64,000 nt of DNA, taken from positions 128,001 to 192,000 of the forward strand of contig CAVPHD010000004.1 in assembly GCA_963704165.1 (NCBI GenBank), written 5' to 3'. Under the pieces are notes generated by a model. That model worked only from the letters and a program-made list of their open reading frames with translations, was not told where the DNA came from and did no database searches. The position numbers and the translations under genes were made by a program. This document shows, one piece after another, positions 17,511 through 27,141 of the stretch. The stretch comes from an uncultured delta proteobacterium. GTDB lineage: Bacteria > Myxococcota_A > UBA9160 > SZUA-336. The stretch's first letter is position 1. The number at the start of each line of letters is the position of its first letter.

Positions 17511-20168
17511 ATGCGTCGATCCAGCCTCGCGATCCTGTTTCTCGTCGTCCTCGGCAACCTCGCTGTGTTCTCCGTGCTGAACCGGCCGATCGAGCCGCCC
17601 GCATGGGAAGGCACGATCGCCGGGCTTTCCTTCGCGCCGTACCGCGCGGGACAGGGGCCGATCGACAAGGTTTTCCCCTCCGAAGCCGAGATCCGAGACG
17701 ATTTGCACCACGTCTCGAAGCACACGCGCTCGGTCCGCACCTACAGCGCGCTCGACGGCATGGAAGAGATCCCGCGGCTGGCCAGTGAGTTTGGCCTGAA
17801 CGTGACCGCGGGCGCCTGGCTGGATGCCGACCGGGCCAAGAACGAGCGCGAGATCAAGGGCCTGCTGGAGAGCGCCCGGGCCAATTCCAACGTCACCCGG
17901 GTGATCGTCGGAAACGAGGTCATGCTCCGCGGCGACCTGACGCGAAGCCAGCTCGCCGGCTACCTGCGGCGGGTCCGCGCACAGCTCGCCGTCCCGGTCG
18001 GCACCGCGGAGCCGTGGCACGTCTGGATCAAGCACCCGGAGCTCGCTCGCGACGTCGACTTCATCGCGGTCCACTTGCTGCCCTATTGGGAAGGGATCCA
18101 CGCCGACGACGCGATCGCCTTCGTCACCGAACGACTCGCCGAGGTGAAGAAGAGGTTCCCCGGCAAGCCCGTGATCATCGGCGAGGTCGGCTGGCCCTCG
18201 AACGGCCGCATCCGCCGCGGCTCCGTGCCGTCGATCGCTCAAGAGGCGGCCTTCCTTCGCGAGTTCCTGAACCTCGCCGAGAAGAACCACATCGACTACT
18301 TCCTGATGGAGGCGTTCGACCAGCCCTGGAAGATCCCCGTCGAAGGCGGTGTCGGGGCGTACTGGGGGATCTGGGACCAGGCGCGCGACGCGAAGTTCGC
18401 GTGGACCGGGCCGATCGTCGGCGTGCCGGGCTGGCCGATCCTGTTTGCGATCGCGAGCCTGCTGCCTCTGCTGCCGCTGCTCTGGTTCCTGAACCGATTC
18501 GAGCGCTTCCGCCCGCGCGGCCGGATCTTCTTCGCGGGCCTGGTTCAAGCGGCGGCGTCGCTCTTCGTCTGGGTCAGCTACCTGACCTTGAGCCAGTACC
18601 ACAGCGTGTACTCGGCCACGGCGTGGGTCGTCCTGCTCGGCGCGCTCGGCGCGCTGCTCGCGATCGGGATCACGGAGGCCTTCGAGCTCGTGGAGCTGCT
18701 CTGGCACCGCAAGCTCACGCGCCGGTTCCGACCCGTCGCAACGAAAAAGCTCGAACGGCTGCCGATGGTCTCGCTGCACCTGCCGCTCTGCAACGAGCCG
18801 CCCGAAATGGTCCGCGAGACGCTCGAAGCGCTCGCCGCGCTCGACTACCCCAAGCTCGAAGTGCTCGTGATCGACAACAACACGAGCGATCCCGGTCTGT
18901 GGAAGCCCGTCGCCGATCTGTGTCAGATCCTCGGCCCTCGCTTCCAGTTCCACCATCTCGAGAAGGTCGAGGGGTTCAAAGCCGGCGCGCTCAACTACGT
19001 GCTCGGCCTGACCCATCCGGAGGCCGAGATCGTCGCCGTGATCGACAGCGATTACGTGGTTCGTCCCGACTGGCTCGCGAACCTGATTCCGTACTTCGAC
19101 GATCCGAAGATCGGAATCGTGCAGGCGCCGCAGGACTACCGCGACGGACACGAGAGCGCTTTCAAGGCGATGTGCCGCTGGGAGTACGCGGGCTTCTTCG
19201 AGATCGGCATGGTCCACCGCAACGAGCGCAACGCGATCATCCAGCACGGAACCATGACGCTCGTGCGCCGCGACGCGCTCGAGGCGCTCGGTGGCTGGGC
19301 CGAGTGGTGCATCTGCGAGGACGCCGAGCTCGGTCTGCGCATGATGGAAGCCGGTTACGAGACCGCGTACGTGAATCGATCCTACGGCCAGGGTCTGATG
19401 CCCGACACGTACTCCGCCTACCAGAAGCAGCGCTTCCGCTGGGCGTACGGCGCGGTGCAGATCCTGAGGCGCCACTGGCGTGAGCTCGTGGGCCTCGCTC
19501 CCACGAAGCTGACGGGGGCGCAGCGTTACCACTTCATCGCCGGCTGGGCGCCATGGTTCGCCGACGCGCTGAACACCGCGGTCACGGCCCTGGCCCTGAT
19601 CTGGACGGTCGGGCTCGTGACGCTGCCGAAGGTCTTCGAGTTTCCGCTGCGCTTCTTCCTCTGCGCATCGCTCGGCTTCTTCGCGCTGAAGGTCGGCAAG
19701 ACCCTCTGGCTCTACGCTTCCCGGGTCAAGGCGACGCCGGGGCAGAATCTCGCCGCCGCGCTCGCCGGGCTCTCGCTCACCCACACGATCGGCAAGGCGA
19801 TCTTCTCGGGGATCTTCACGAAGGGACGCCCGTTCATGCGCACGCCGAAGTGCGAGGACCAACCGGCCTTCGTACGCGGTCTGCTCGCATCCCGCGAGGA
19901 GAGCACCATCCTCGCTCTGCTCATGCTCGGCGCCTTCGCGATCTTCGTCGTCTACGGCGGCGACGACATCGAGGCGCTGCTCTGGATCGCGCTGCTCGGC
20001 GTCCAGTCACTGCCCTACGCGGCATCGCTCTCGACCGCCATGGTGAATGCGCTTCCCGCTCGAGTCGTCGCCCAGGCCGTGCCGAAGCCGCTCGGGTCTC
20101 TGGTCCCGGCCGAATACGATTCGGTCATGTCCCGGGTCGTCGGCGGCCACGACCTGAATCGGATGTAG
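17511..20168 (+). CDS. ndvB: NdvB-like beta-1,3-glucan synthase (GH17 domain + GT2 domain, multi-TM)
   Basis: GH17 motifs VRTYS, IVGNE, IGEVGWPS, EAFDQPWK. GT2 motifs FKAGALN, DSD, CEDAELG, QRFRW. Confidence 0.85.
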   Translation: MRRSSLAILFLVVLGNLAVFSVLNRPIEPPAWEGTIAGLSFAPYRAGQGPIDKVFPSEAEIRDDLHHVSKHTRSVRTYSALDGMEEIPRLASEFGLNVTAGAWLDADRAKNEREIKGLLESARANSNVTRVIVGNEVMLRGDLTRSQLAGYLRRVRAQLAVPVGTAEPWHVWIKHPELARDVDFIAVHLLPYWEGIHADDAIAFVTERLAEVKKRFPGKPVIIGEVGWPSNGRIRRGSVPSIAQEAAFLREFLNLAEKNHIDYFLMEAFDQPWKIPVEGGVGAYWGIWDQARDAKFAWTGPIVGVPGWPILFAIASLLPLLPLLWFLNRFERFRPRGRIFFAGLVQAAASLFVWVSYLTLSQYHSVYSATAWVVLLGALGALLAIGITEAFELVELLWHRKLTRRFRPVATKKLERLPMVSLHLPLCNEPPEMVRETLEALAALDYPKLEVLVIDNNTSDPGLWKPVADLCQILGPRFQFHHLEKVEGFKAGALNYVLGLTHPEAEIVAVIDSDYVVRPDWLANLIPYFDDPKIGIVQAPQDYRDGHESAFKAMCRWEYAGFFEIGMVHRNERNAIIQHGTMTLVRRDALEALGGWAEWCICEDAELGLRMMEAGYETAYVNRSYGQGLMPDTYSAYQKQRFRWAYGAVQILRRHWRELVGLAPTKLTGAQRYHFIAGWAPWFADALNTAVTALALIWTVGLVTLPKVFEFPLRFFLCASLGFFALKVGKTLWLYASRVKATPGQNLAAALAGLSLTHTIGKAIFSGIFTKGRPFMRTPKCEDQPAFVRGLLASREESTILALLMLGAFAIFVVYGGDDIEALLWIALLGVQSLPYAASLSTAMVNALPARVVAQAVPKPLGSLVPAEYDSVMSRVVGGHDLNRM

Positions 20169-20173
20169 CGGGT

Positions 20174-20196
20174 TAGAATCCTCCGATCGACGGAGG
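20174..20196 (+). promoter_or_regulatory. Putative -10 (TAGAAT) plus hairpin CCTCCG/CGGAGG covering the rmuC SD
   Basis: TAGAAT at 20174-20179. Inverted repeat 20180-20196 includes GGAGG. Confidence 0.4.
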
Positions 20197-20200
20197 GTCC

Positions 20201-21421
20201 ATGACGGTCGAGCTCCTGCTCGTGATCCTCGCCGCGGGAGCTGCGCTCACCGCGGTCGCGCTCGCTCTTCGTCTCGGCCAGGCTTCGCGTCAGTCTCTCG
20301 ATGCGGCCGAGCGTGCCGTGCGCGACGAGCTCCGCGTCGGTCGCGACGAGGCCGCGAAGGCTTCGAGCGAGCTGCGTGGCGAGGTGACTTCGCAGCTCAA
20401 GGGACTGACGGATTCGAACGAGCTCCGGCTCGACCGGCTCCGCACCGCGCTCGACACCCAGCTGAAGCAGCTGCAGGAGGGCAACGAGAAGAAGCTCGAC
20501 GAGATGCGCAAGACCGTCGACGAGAAGCTCCAGGGCACGCTCGAGAAGCGCCTCGGCGAGTCGTTCAAGCTCGTCAGCGACCGGCTCGAAGCCGTTCAGC
20601 GCGGGCTCGGCGAGATGCAGAACCTGGCGACGGGAGTCGGCGATCTGAAGCGAGTGCTCACGAACGTGAAGGCGCGCGGCGTCTTCGGCGAGGTTCAGCT
20701 CGGCGCGATCCTCGAGCAGATCCTCACGCCCGACCAGTACGCGCGAAACGTCCAGCCCAAACCCGGCTCGCGCGAGATCGTCGAGTTCGCGCTCCGCTTG
20801 CCGGGGCCCGACTCCGATCCGAACACGTGCGTCTGGTTGCCGATCGACGCGAAATTCCCGCACGAGGACTACACGCGGCTCGTCGAGGCGGCAGAGACGG
20901 GAGAGGTGGACGCCGAGCGCAGCGCCTCGGCCGCGCTCGCGCGCGTCGTGCGCGGATTCGCGTCGAGCATCGGCGAGAAGTACATCGAGCCGCCGCACAC
21001 CACCGACTTCGCGATCCTCTTCCTGCCGACCGAGGGGCTGTACGCGGAGATCCTGCGCCAGCCCGATCTCGTTCAGAGCCTGCAGAGGGATTTCCGCGTC
21101 GTCGTGGCCGGTCCGACCACGCTCTCGGCGATTCTCACGAGTCTGCGCATGGGCTTCCGCACGCTCGCGATCGAGAAGCGCGCGAGCGAGGTCTGGCAGG
21201 TGCTCGCCGCGGTGAAGACGGAGTTCGGCAAGTTCGGCGACGCGCTCGGTCGCGTCCGCAAGCAGCTCGACACCGCGGCGAAGTCGATCGACGACACGAC
21301 CGTCCGCACGCGCGCGATGGAGCGCCGACTGCGCCAGGTCGAATCGCTCCCGGCGGGCGAGGCCGGTCAGATTCTGGAGCTGCCCGAGCCATCGGACGTG
21401 GACGCGGACGCCGACTCCTGA
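20201..21421 (+). CDS. rmuC: DNA recombination protein RmuC
   Basis: N-terminal TM and coiled coil. RGVFGEVQL, PIDAKFP, TTDFAILFLPTEGLYAE, GPTTL. Confidence 0.93.
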   Translation: MTVELLLVILAAGAALTAVALALRLGQASRQSLDAAERAVRDELRVGRDEAAKASSELRGEVTSQLKGLTDSNELRLDRLRTALDTQLKQLQEGNEKKLDEMRKTVDEKLQGTLEKRLGESFKLVSDRLEAVQRGLGEMQNLATGVGDLKRVLTNVKARGVFGEVQLGAILEQILTPDQYARNVQPKPGSREIVEFALRLPGPDSDPNTCVWLPIDAKFPHEDYTRLVEAAETGEVDAERSASAALARVVRGFASSIGEKYIEPPHTTDFAILFLPTEGLYAEILRQPDLVQSLQRDFRVVVAGPTTLSAILTSLRMGFRTLAIEKRASEVWQVLAAVKTEFGKFGDALGRVRKQLDTAAKSIDDTTVRTRAMERRLRQVESLPAGEAGQILELPEPSDVDADADS

Positions 21422-21441
21422 AGAGCGGTTGAAACCCGCGG

Positions 21442-22362
21442 CTACTCGTCCGAGCGCGAGAGCTGCGTGGGCGGCAGCTTCGTGCGCAGGGCGACGGCGA
21501 TCACGATCACGCCGGCGACGGCGAACGGAAGACTCAGGAGCTGCCCCATCGTGAGCGCGGCGCCCGGCACGACGCGAATCACGTGCTCGGCGGCGTCGGG
21601 CGCGAGATCTGCGAAGCGCTGAAACTCCTTGGTGTACTCGAGCGCGAACCGGAACGAGAAGTAGAGCGCGAGCAGCAAGCCCGCGAGCAGCCCGCGCGGA
21701 CGGCTTTCCCCCATGCGCCGCTCGACCCACCACAGGATCGCGAAGACCGCGAGCAGGGCCGCGCCCTCGTAGAGCTGTGCCGGGTGGCGCGGCAGCGGCT
21801 GTGCGATCCAGCCGAGCGGACCGTGCTCGCGCTCCCAGCTCGCCTGGTTCCTGGCGGCGTACACGGGGAAGCGTACCGCCCACGGTCCGGTCCACTCGCG
21901 CCCGACGATCTCGGAGTTGAAGAAGTTGCCCAGCCGGACGAGTGACGCGCCGAGCATCGCCGGCATCGCGAAGCGGTCGGCGATCTCGGCGGGCGAGTAC
22001 CCGTAGTACCGCGCGTAGAGCCAGAGCATGACGATCAGCCCGGTCGCCGAGCCGTGACTCGCGAGTCCGCCCGACCGCACGTCGAAGATCGCGCGCGGGT
22101 TTGCCAGGAAATACCCGGGCGAGTAGAACACCGTCTCGGCCAGGCGCCCGCCGATGATGACCGCTGCCGCGGACCAGACGATGATCCGACTGGTCGGAAC
22201 GACACCATGCCCCGCGCGCACCATCTGCCGATGCCAGACGACGTAGCCCGCCACGAAGACCAGAAAGAAGCAGACGCTGTACCAGCGGATCTGCAGGCCG
22301 CCGACGCGCAGCATCACCGGGTCGACGTTCCAGAGCCAGTACTGCGTGAAGTCGGCTTCCAT
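21442..22362 (-). CDS. lgt: Prolipoprotein diacylglyceryl transferase
   Basis: IRWY, GGLASHG, RLGNFFNSE, RHPAQLYE, RFALEY. TAGAAT 12 nt upstream on the minus strand. Confidence 0.92.
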   Translation of the reverse strand: MEADFTQYWLWNVDPVMLRVGGLQIRWYSVCFFLVFVAGYVVWHRQMVRAGHGVVPTSRIIVWSAAAVIIGGRLAETVFYSPGYFLANPRAIFDVRSGGLASHGSATGLIVMLWLYARYYGYSPAEIADRFAMPAMLGASLVRLGNFFNSEIVGREWTGPWAVRFPVYAARNQASWEREHGPLGWIAQPLPRHPAQLYEGAALLAVFAILWWVERRMGESRPRGLLAGLLLALYFSFRFALEYTKEFQRFADLAPDAAEHVIRVVPGAALTMGQLLSLPFAVAGVIVIAVALRTKLPPTQLSRSDE

Positions 22363-22398
22363 TTCGCGCGCGCGATTCTATCCGCGATCGCCGCGATC

Positions 22399-23589
22399 GT
22401 GTTCTGCGCGCTCGCGATCTCGGCGCGTGCCGAGATCGTCGTCGAGATCGCGACGATCGGGCCTGGCGACGCGGTCTGGGAGCGCTTCGGCCACGTGATC
22501 CTGCGCGTCGCCAACACGAAGACGGGTTACGACGACGCCTACGACCTGGGCGCGGCCGACTTCGGGCTCCCGGGCTTCGCATGGGATTTCGCGAACGGGC
22601 GCGAGCGCTTCTTCACGACGGTCTCCCCCTGGGCGGCTCGGCTCGAGCGCTTTCGCGAGCGCGATCGCGACGTCGTGATCCAGCGGCTCGACCTCGACCC
22701 GGCGCAGATGGCGCGCTTGCGCGACGAGGTCAACGTCCTCCGCTCGGAATCGGACACGCACCGCTACGTCTACGACCACGTCCGGGACAACTGCTCGACA
22801 CGGCTGCGCGACCTTCTCGACCGGGTCACGGACGGCGCGATTCGCCGCGCGGCCGAGACCCTGCCCTCGGGGCACACGTTTCGCGAGTACACGCTCCGCG
22901 GCGAAGCGGGGCGGATCGATGCGCTGCTCTTCCTGGATCTGATCGTCGGTCCGCCGTACGACCAGATCGTCTCGGGTTGGGCGCTTCTGTTTCTCCCGAG
23001 CGAGCTCGCCGAGGCGATCGCGCGCGCGCGCGGCGACGGCGATCGTCCGTTGGTGTCGAAGACCCGGGTCGCGCACCGGCGACTCGGCGCATCGCCACAG
23101 GACGGCAACCCCGACGCCGGTCGCCGCCTCGCTCTGGGATTCGGGCTCGTCTGCCTCGCGGTCTGCGTCGGGGGCGTGTTCGCTGCGCGCGGAGCGGACG
23201 CGCGGCGGGCGCGCTCTCTCGATCGCGCACTCGGTGCGACGCTCGTCAGCGTCGGCGTGATCTTCGGATCGGCCGGCGCGGCGCTCTGGACCCTGATCGC
23301 GCTCTCGCACGTTCCGGATCTCGCCTGGAGCGAGAACGCGCTGCTCTTCCTTCCCCTCGACCTCGTCTGGATCGGGTATGGCTTTAGCCGATTGAGTTCG
23401 GGAACGCGCCGCCCGCGGCCGCTGCCGATCCGGTTCATCGACGCGAGACTGGCGCTGCTCGCCGCGGTCGTGATCGCGCGCGCGTTCGGCCTGCTCGCGC
23501 AGGACAACACCGCCTTCCTGATTTGCGCGGCAGCCGTCTTCCTCGGCCTTCGCGCCGCCGGGGCGAGGTCGGCCCGGCCGACGGACTGA
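22399..23589 (+). CDS. DUF4105-domain membrane protein (Lnb-like putative lipoprotein N-acyltransferase)
   Basis: T.GPGD..WERFGH, Y.YD..RDNCSTR.RD, FLP and four C-terminal TM helices. Start uncertain: GTG 22399 or a non-canonical start near 22375. Confidence 0.75.
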   Translation: MFCALAISARAEIVVEIATIGPGDAVWERFGHVILRVANTKTGYDDAYDLGAADFGLPGFAWDFANGRERFFTTVSPWAARLERFRERDRDVVIQRLDLDPAQMARLRDEVNVLRSESDTHRYVYDHVRDNCSTRLRDLLDRVTDGAIRRAAETLPSGHTFREYTLRGEAGRIDALLFLDLIVGPPYDQIVSGWALLFLPSELAEAIARARGDGDRPLVSKTRVAHRRLGASPQDGNPDAGRRLALGFGLVCLAVCVGGVFAARGADARRARSLDRALGATLVSVGVIFGSAGAALWTLIALSHVPDLAWSENALLFLPLDLVWIGYGFSRLSSGTRRPRPLPIRFIDARLALLAAVVIARAFGLLAQDNTAFLICAAAVFLGLRAAGARSARPTD

Positions 23590-23630
23590 GCAGATCCATG
23601 CGTCGCCTTCGCCCCGCCGCGCCGCGCGGT

Positions 23631-26600
23631 TCAGACGAGCGCGCGCGCCTGTGAGGCGACCAGCGGCATCTCGAGCGATTCGGCGAGAGCCGACGCCGAC
23701 GCGGCGAGCTCACGTGCCGCTGCGGAGTCCCCCGGTGCGCTGCGCGCGCGAAGGGCCTGGGCAAGCCCGAGGCGAACGCGCGCCAGCATCGGGCGCGCGC
23801 CCTGTCGCTCGCTCGCGCGCTCCGCGCCGCGCAGGCGCGCAATGGCTTCGTCGCGTCTCCCAAGCGCCGACGCGAGTAGACCGAGCACGCGGTCCACCGA
23901 GCCAACACAGACGGCACCGAATGCCGGGGCCGCGTTCTCTCCAGCGTAGCGCTCGAGACGCTGCAGAATCTCGGCCGCGCAATCGCGCGCATTCAGCTCC
24001 GAGCAGACGTCCCCCAGCACCACGAGCGATACGACGCCATTGCTGTCCGCGAGTGGATCGGGAAGGCCGTCGCGGAACCAGGCCGCGAGCTCGGCGCGGG
24101 CTTCATCGAGCTTGCCGCCCTCGCAGAGCGCTTGTACGAAGGCCGCGCGCCAAAGCGAGATGCGCGCGAACTTCTCTCGGAGCCCGCGCAGTGGGCCTTC
24201 TACCTCCCCGACCCGACCCTGCTCGCGTCGAAGACTCGCGATCTGTCCGGCATGGTTCCGCGCTGAATCCTGTGATCGCGCGCGCAAACCCAAGGAGTTC
24301 GCAAGCACCGAGAGACGTTCCGCTTCATCGAAGCGTCCATCGATGAGCGCTCGCATCGCCCGATACAGTGGCGTGTACCAGCAGAAGAACGACGGTACGG
24401 ACAGTGACTCGACCTTGTGCGCGAGTCGTTCGATCTCCAAGTCCACTTCGTCGAGTCTTCCGCACTCGAGTTGACTCGCGATGTAGGGAGCCGACACGAG
24501 AAATCGAGCGGACGGGTCGCCGAGATCGTCCGCCAGGCAGATCAGTTCCGCCATGCGCGAAGCGCGTTCCGCCGCACGGAGCCGCGGCCAGACCCCGATG
24601 GACGCGTAGTACCCGACGAAGATGCGCGTTTCGGGGTCTGCCCGAGCGCCAAGCTCCACCGCCTCTTGCGCGAGTGCGACCCTGCGCTCGATGGTGCCGG
24701 GCACGAAGACGAGCTCGTTCGAAAGACGCGCCAGCACTCGCGCGCGAAGCGGACCGGGTGAACCGCGAGATGCGGACTCGGCGTCCTCGAGCAGGGAGAC
24801 GATGCGCGCGAAGGGTCCGCCCGACTCGGGTCCGCGCACGAAGAGCAGAAGTGCTGCACGCGCGAACGCGTCCGAATCGCCAAGCTGGCGCGCGAGGGTC
24901 GCGGCCTGCTCGGCAGCCTCGGCCGCCGGCCAGAGCGCGTTCGCTCGCGCATGCGCCTCGCCGAGCACGAGCAGAAGTCGCAGCTCTTCGCGCGCGTCAC
25001 GAACGCGGTCCATGCGCAGCGCTTCCAGCGCGCCCGCGAATCCGTGCGCGCTCTCGTCGTAGGCGCAACGGCGCAGCGCAATCCGCGCCGCGCGCTCCGA
25101 CCAGGTGAGGGCGGATGCGCTCGGCCCGCCCGCGCGCGCAATTGCGAGATAGTGAGCGGCGAGCTCGGACGCGACGCCCTCTGGATTGGTGGTGGCGCCG
25201 CGCTCGAGCGCCTCGGCAGCTCGTGCGTGATGCCGCGCGCGCTCTGCGCGCGAAAGACCCGCGAGCACGAGCTCGCGCGCGAGCGGATGCGAGAAGCGCC
25301 AGCTCCTCGAAGTCGCTCCGCAGGGCGCGAGCACGCCGAGACGCTCGAGCTCCTCGAGCCTGCTCGTCGCCTCCTTCACCGATGCTCCGAGCGCGTCGCA
25401 AAGGAGCCCGACCTCGACCTCCGCGCCGATCACGGCGAAAACAGCAAGCAGCTCGCGCGAGGCGTCCGACGCACGAGCGACCTTCGCGTCGAGAATCGCG
25501 CGCAGACTGGCCGGGGGTTCGGCCAGGGTCGAGTCGTGCGCGATCGACCCCGCGCCTCGCGCGCGCAGGTGGCGGACGAGCTCGGTCGTGAACAGCGGAT
25601 TCCCGGCGCCGGCTCGCCAGACGTAATCGCATAAGTCCGGCGACACTTCTGCTCCCCAGGTCTCGCGCACCAACGCTTCGGTCTCGGGTCGACCCAGCCG
25701 TTCGAGCCGAAGCACGTCGGCGTGCGGCAGGCGCTCGAGCAGCCCCAGACAGCTGCGCAGTGCAACGCTCGTCTCGAGCTCGTCGTCGCGCAGGGCGGCC
25801 AGGATGTACACACCGGAAGCGGCGATCTCTCGCGGCAGCAGCTCGAGCACGCGCAGCGAGCCGATGTCGGCCCACTGGATGTCGTCGAGCACGATCACGA
25901 TGGGACGCTTCCGTGCGACGAGCTCGAGCGCCGCCGCGAGTCCGTCGACGGTCTCGAACTCACTCGCGCCTGCGCGCAGCTCGGGCGCCGGGGTGTCGCG
26001 CTCCTGCTCCAGTCGACCCGCCGCTCCGCCGACCGCGACGCGCTCGCGGAGGCGGCGGATCCGCGCGCGCCGGCGCGGCTCGACCGTGGGCAGGGCGGCG
26101 AGCAGCGCGCGCGCGACGCGGATCCACGGCCAGAGCGCGGGCTGTCCGGACTCGGGCACGCACCAGGCCGTGCAGACGAGCGCGCCCTCGCTCGCAGCCT
26201 GCGCCGAAAGCTCGTCCGCCAGCCGCGTCTTGCCGATGCCGGCCTCGCCGCGGAGGATCCGCACGCGGCCCGCGCCCGCGCGAACGGCGCCGAGATCCGC
26301 GAGCAGAGCACCGAGCGCGTCCGCGCGCCCGATCAGCGCCGGGCCGCGGCGCTCGGATGCCGCGCGTCGAGCCGAATCCAGAGCGGAAGCGCGCAGCCGA
26401 TAGCCGCGCCGAGGGACCGTCTGAAGAACCCGGTCGCCTCGCTCGCGATCGGCGAGCGCGGCGCGGGCCAGGCTGATGGCGCGAGCGAGCGAGCTCGCAG
26501 TCACGTTCTCCTTCGGCCAGAGCTCGCGCAGCAGCTCGTCACCTGTGACTACGCGCTCGCGATTCCGAGCCAGGTAGAAGAGCAGCGCCAGGATCTTCGG

Positions 26601-26690
26601 TTGGACGAAGACGCGGTCGCCGCCGCGCCGTAGCTCCCAGAGGTCCTCGTCGAGCTCCCACTCATCGTCGGGGCCAAGGCCGTAGATCAT
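23631..26690 (-). CDS. Large transcriptional regulator: OmpR/PhoB-type winged helix + AAA ATPase (STAND-like) + helical repeats
   Basis: N-terminal RVVTGDELLRELW...TVPRRGYR, Walker A GEAGIGKT, Walker B IVLDDIQWAD, GNPLF. Confidence 0.88.
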   Translation of the reverse strand: MIYGLGPDDEWELDEDLWELRRGGDRVFVQPKILALLFYLARNRERVVTGDELLRELWPKENVTASSLARAISLARAALADRERGDRVLQTVPRRGYRLRASALDSARRAASERRGPALIGRADALGALLADLGAVRAGAGRVRILRGEAGIGKTRLADELSAQAASEGALVCTAWCVPESGQPALWPWIRVARALLAALPTVEPRRRARIRRLRERVAVGGAAGRLEQERDTPAPELRAGASEFETVDGLAAALELVARKRPIVIVLDDIQWADIGSLRVLELLPREIAASGVYILAALRDDELETSVALRSCLGLLERLPHADVLRLERLGRPETEALVRETWGAEVSPDLCDYVWRAGAGNPLFTTELVRHLRARGAGSIAHDSTLAEPPASLRAILDAKVARASDASRELLAVFAVIGAEVEVGLLCDALGASVKEATSRLEELERLGVLAPCGATSRSWRFSHPLARELVLAGLSRAERARHHARAAEALERGATTNPEGVASELAAHYLAIARAGGPSASALTWSERAARIALRRCAYDESAHGFAGALEALRMDRVRDAREELRLLLVLGEAHARANALWPAAEAAEQAATLARQLGDSDAFARAALLLFVRGPESGGPFARIVSLLEDAESASRGSPGPLRARVLARLSNELVFVPGTIERRVALAQEAVELGARADPETRIFVGYYASIGVWPRLRAAERASRMAELICLADDLGDPSARFLVSAPYIASQLECGRLDEVDLEIERLAHKVESLSVPSFFCWYTPLYRAMRALIDGRFDEAERLSVLANSLGLRARSQDSARNHAGQIASLRREQGRVGEVEGPLRGLREKFARISLWRAAFVQALCEGGKLDEARAELAAWFRDGLPDPLADSNGVVSLVVLGDVCSELNARDCAAEILQRLERYAGENAAPAFGAVCVGSVDRVLGLLASALGRRDEAIARLRGAERASERQGARPMLARVRLGLAQALRARSAPGDSAAARELAASASALAESLEMPLVASQARALV

Positions 26691-27008
26691 GCCCGCAACT
26701 TCCGTCACCAACTCGTCGCTATGGCGTGCGATTGTCGGGCGATCGGTGGGACGCCGCAACCACGCCCGCTGCCGTGCGGCTCCGGATTCACGGTCGCGGA
26801 TCGGGCGTCGCCGTCCGAATCGCCGAAGCCGGTCGTCGAAGCGACTTCCGTTCCGCTCTCCCGGGTGAGAGGTGAGAGCGTGAGCAGGTATGCGTCGCGC
26901 CGAGTCGATAGCGCGGGCAACACCTTGAATGGCAAGCTGCTCGTCGGGCGTGAGCCGTCGCGGAGCGGTCATCGACCAGACGCTGCGTGTCGTGGAGTCG
27001 CACCGCCA

Positions 27009-27044
27009 TCTCACAGACCTCTCGGTCTCTTACCTCTCTCTTAC
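27009..27044. promoter_or_regulatory. Direct repeat TCTCTTAC x2 at 11-bp period (27026, 27037) with related TCTCAC sites; candidate winged-helix operator
   Basis: Seen directly in the AT-richer intergenic region. Related GGTGAGA x2 at 26864-26877. Confidence 0.4.
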
Positions 27045-27141
27045 TACCCTAGAGGAGTCTAGACGCGCTCTCATCTTTCGAGGGACAATCAAGCCGGTAG
27101 ATAGTCTGGAACGACGGAGAACGGCTGGGAAGGCGGGGCGA

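Noticed and set aside
15974..21421. MTase plus RmuC nuclease-fold protein as a restriction or defence system
   Set aside because: They are separated by the glucan synthase, lie on opposite strands, and RmuC is a widespread housekeeping gene.
26700..27141. N-terminal ORF extensions of the regulator (to 27014) and of PASTA copy 1 (from 26929)
   Set aside because: Domain boundaries and the paralog comparison place the starts at 26690 and 27142/27178. The extensions overlap each other and look non-coding.
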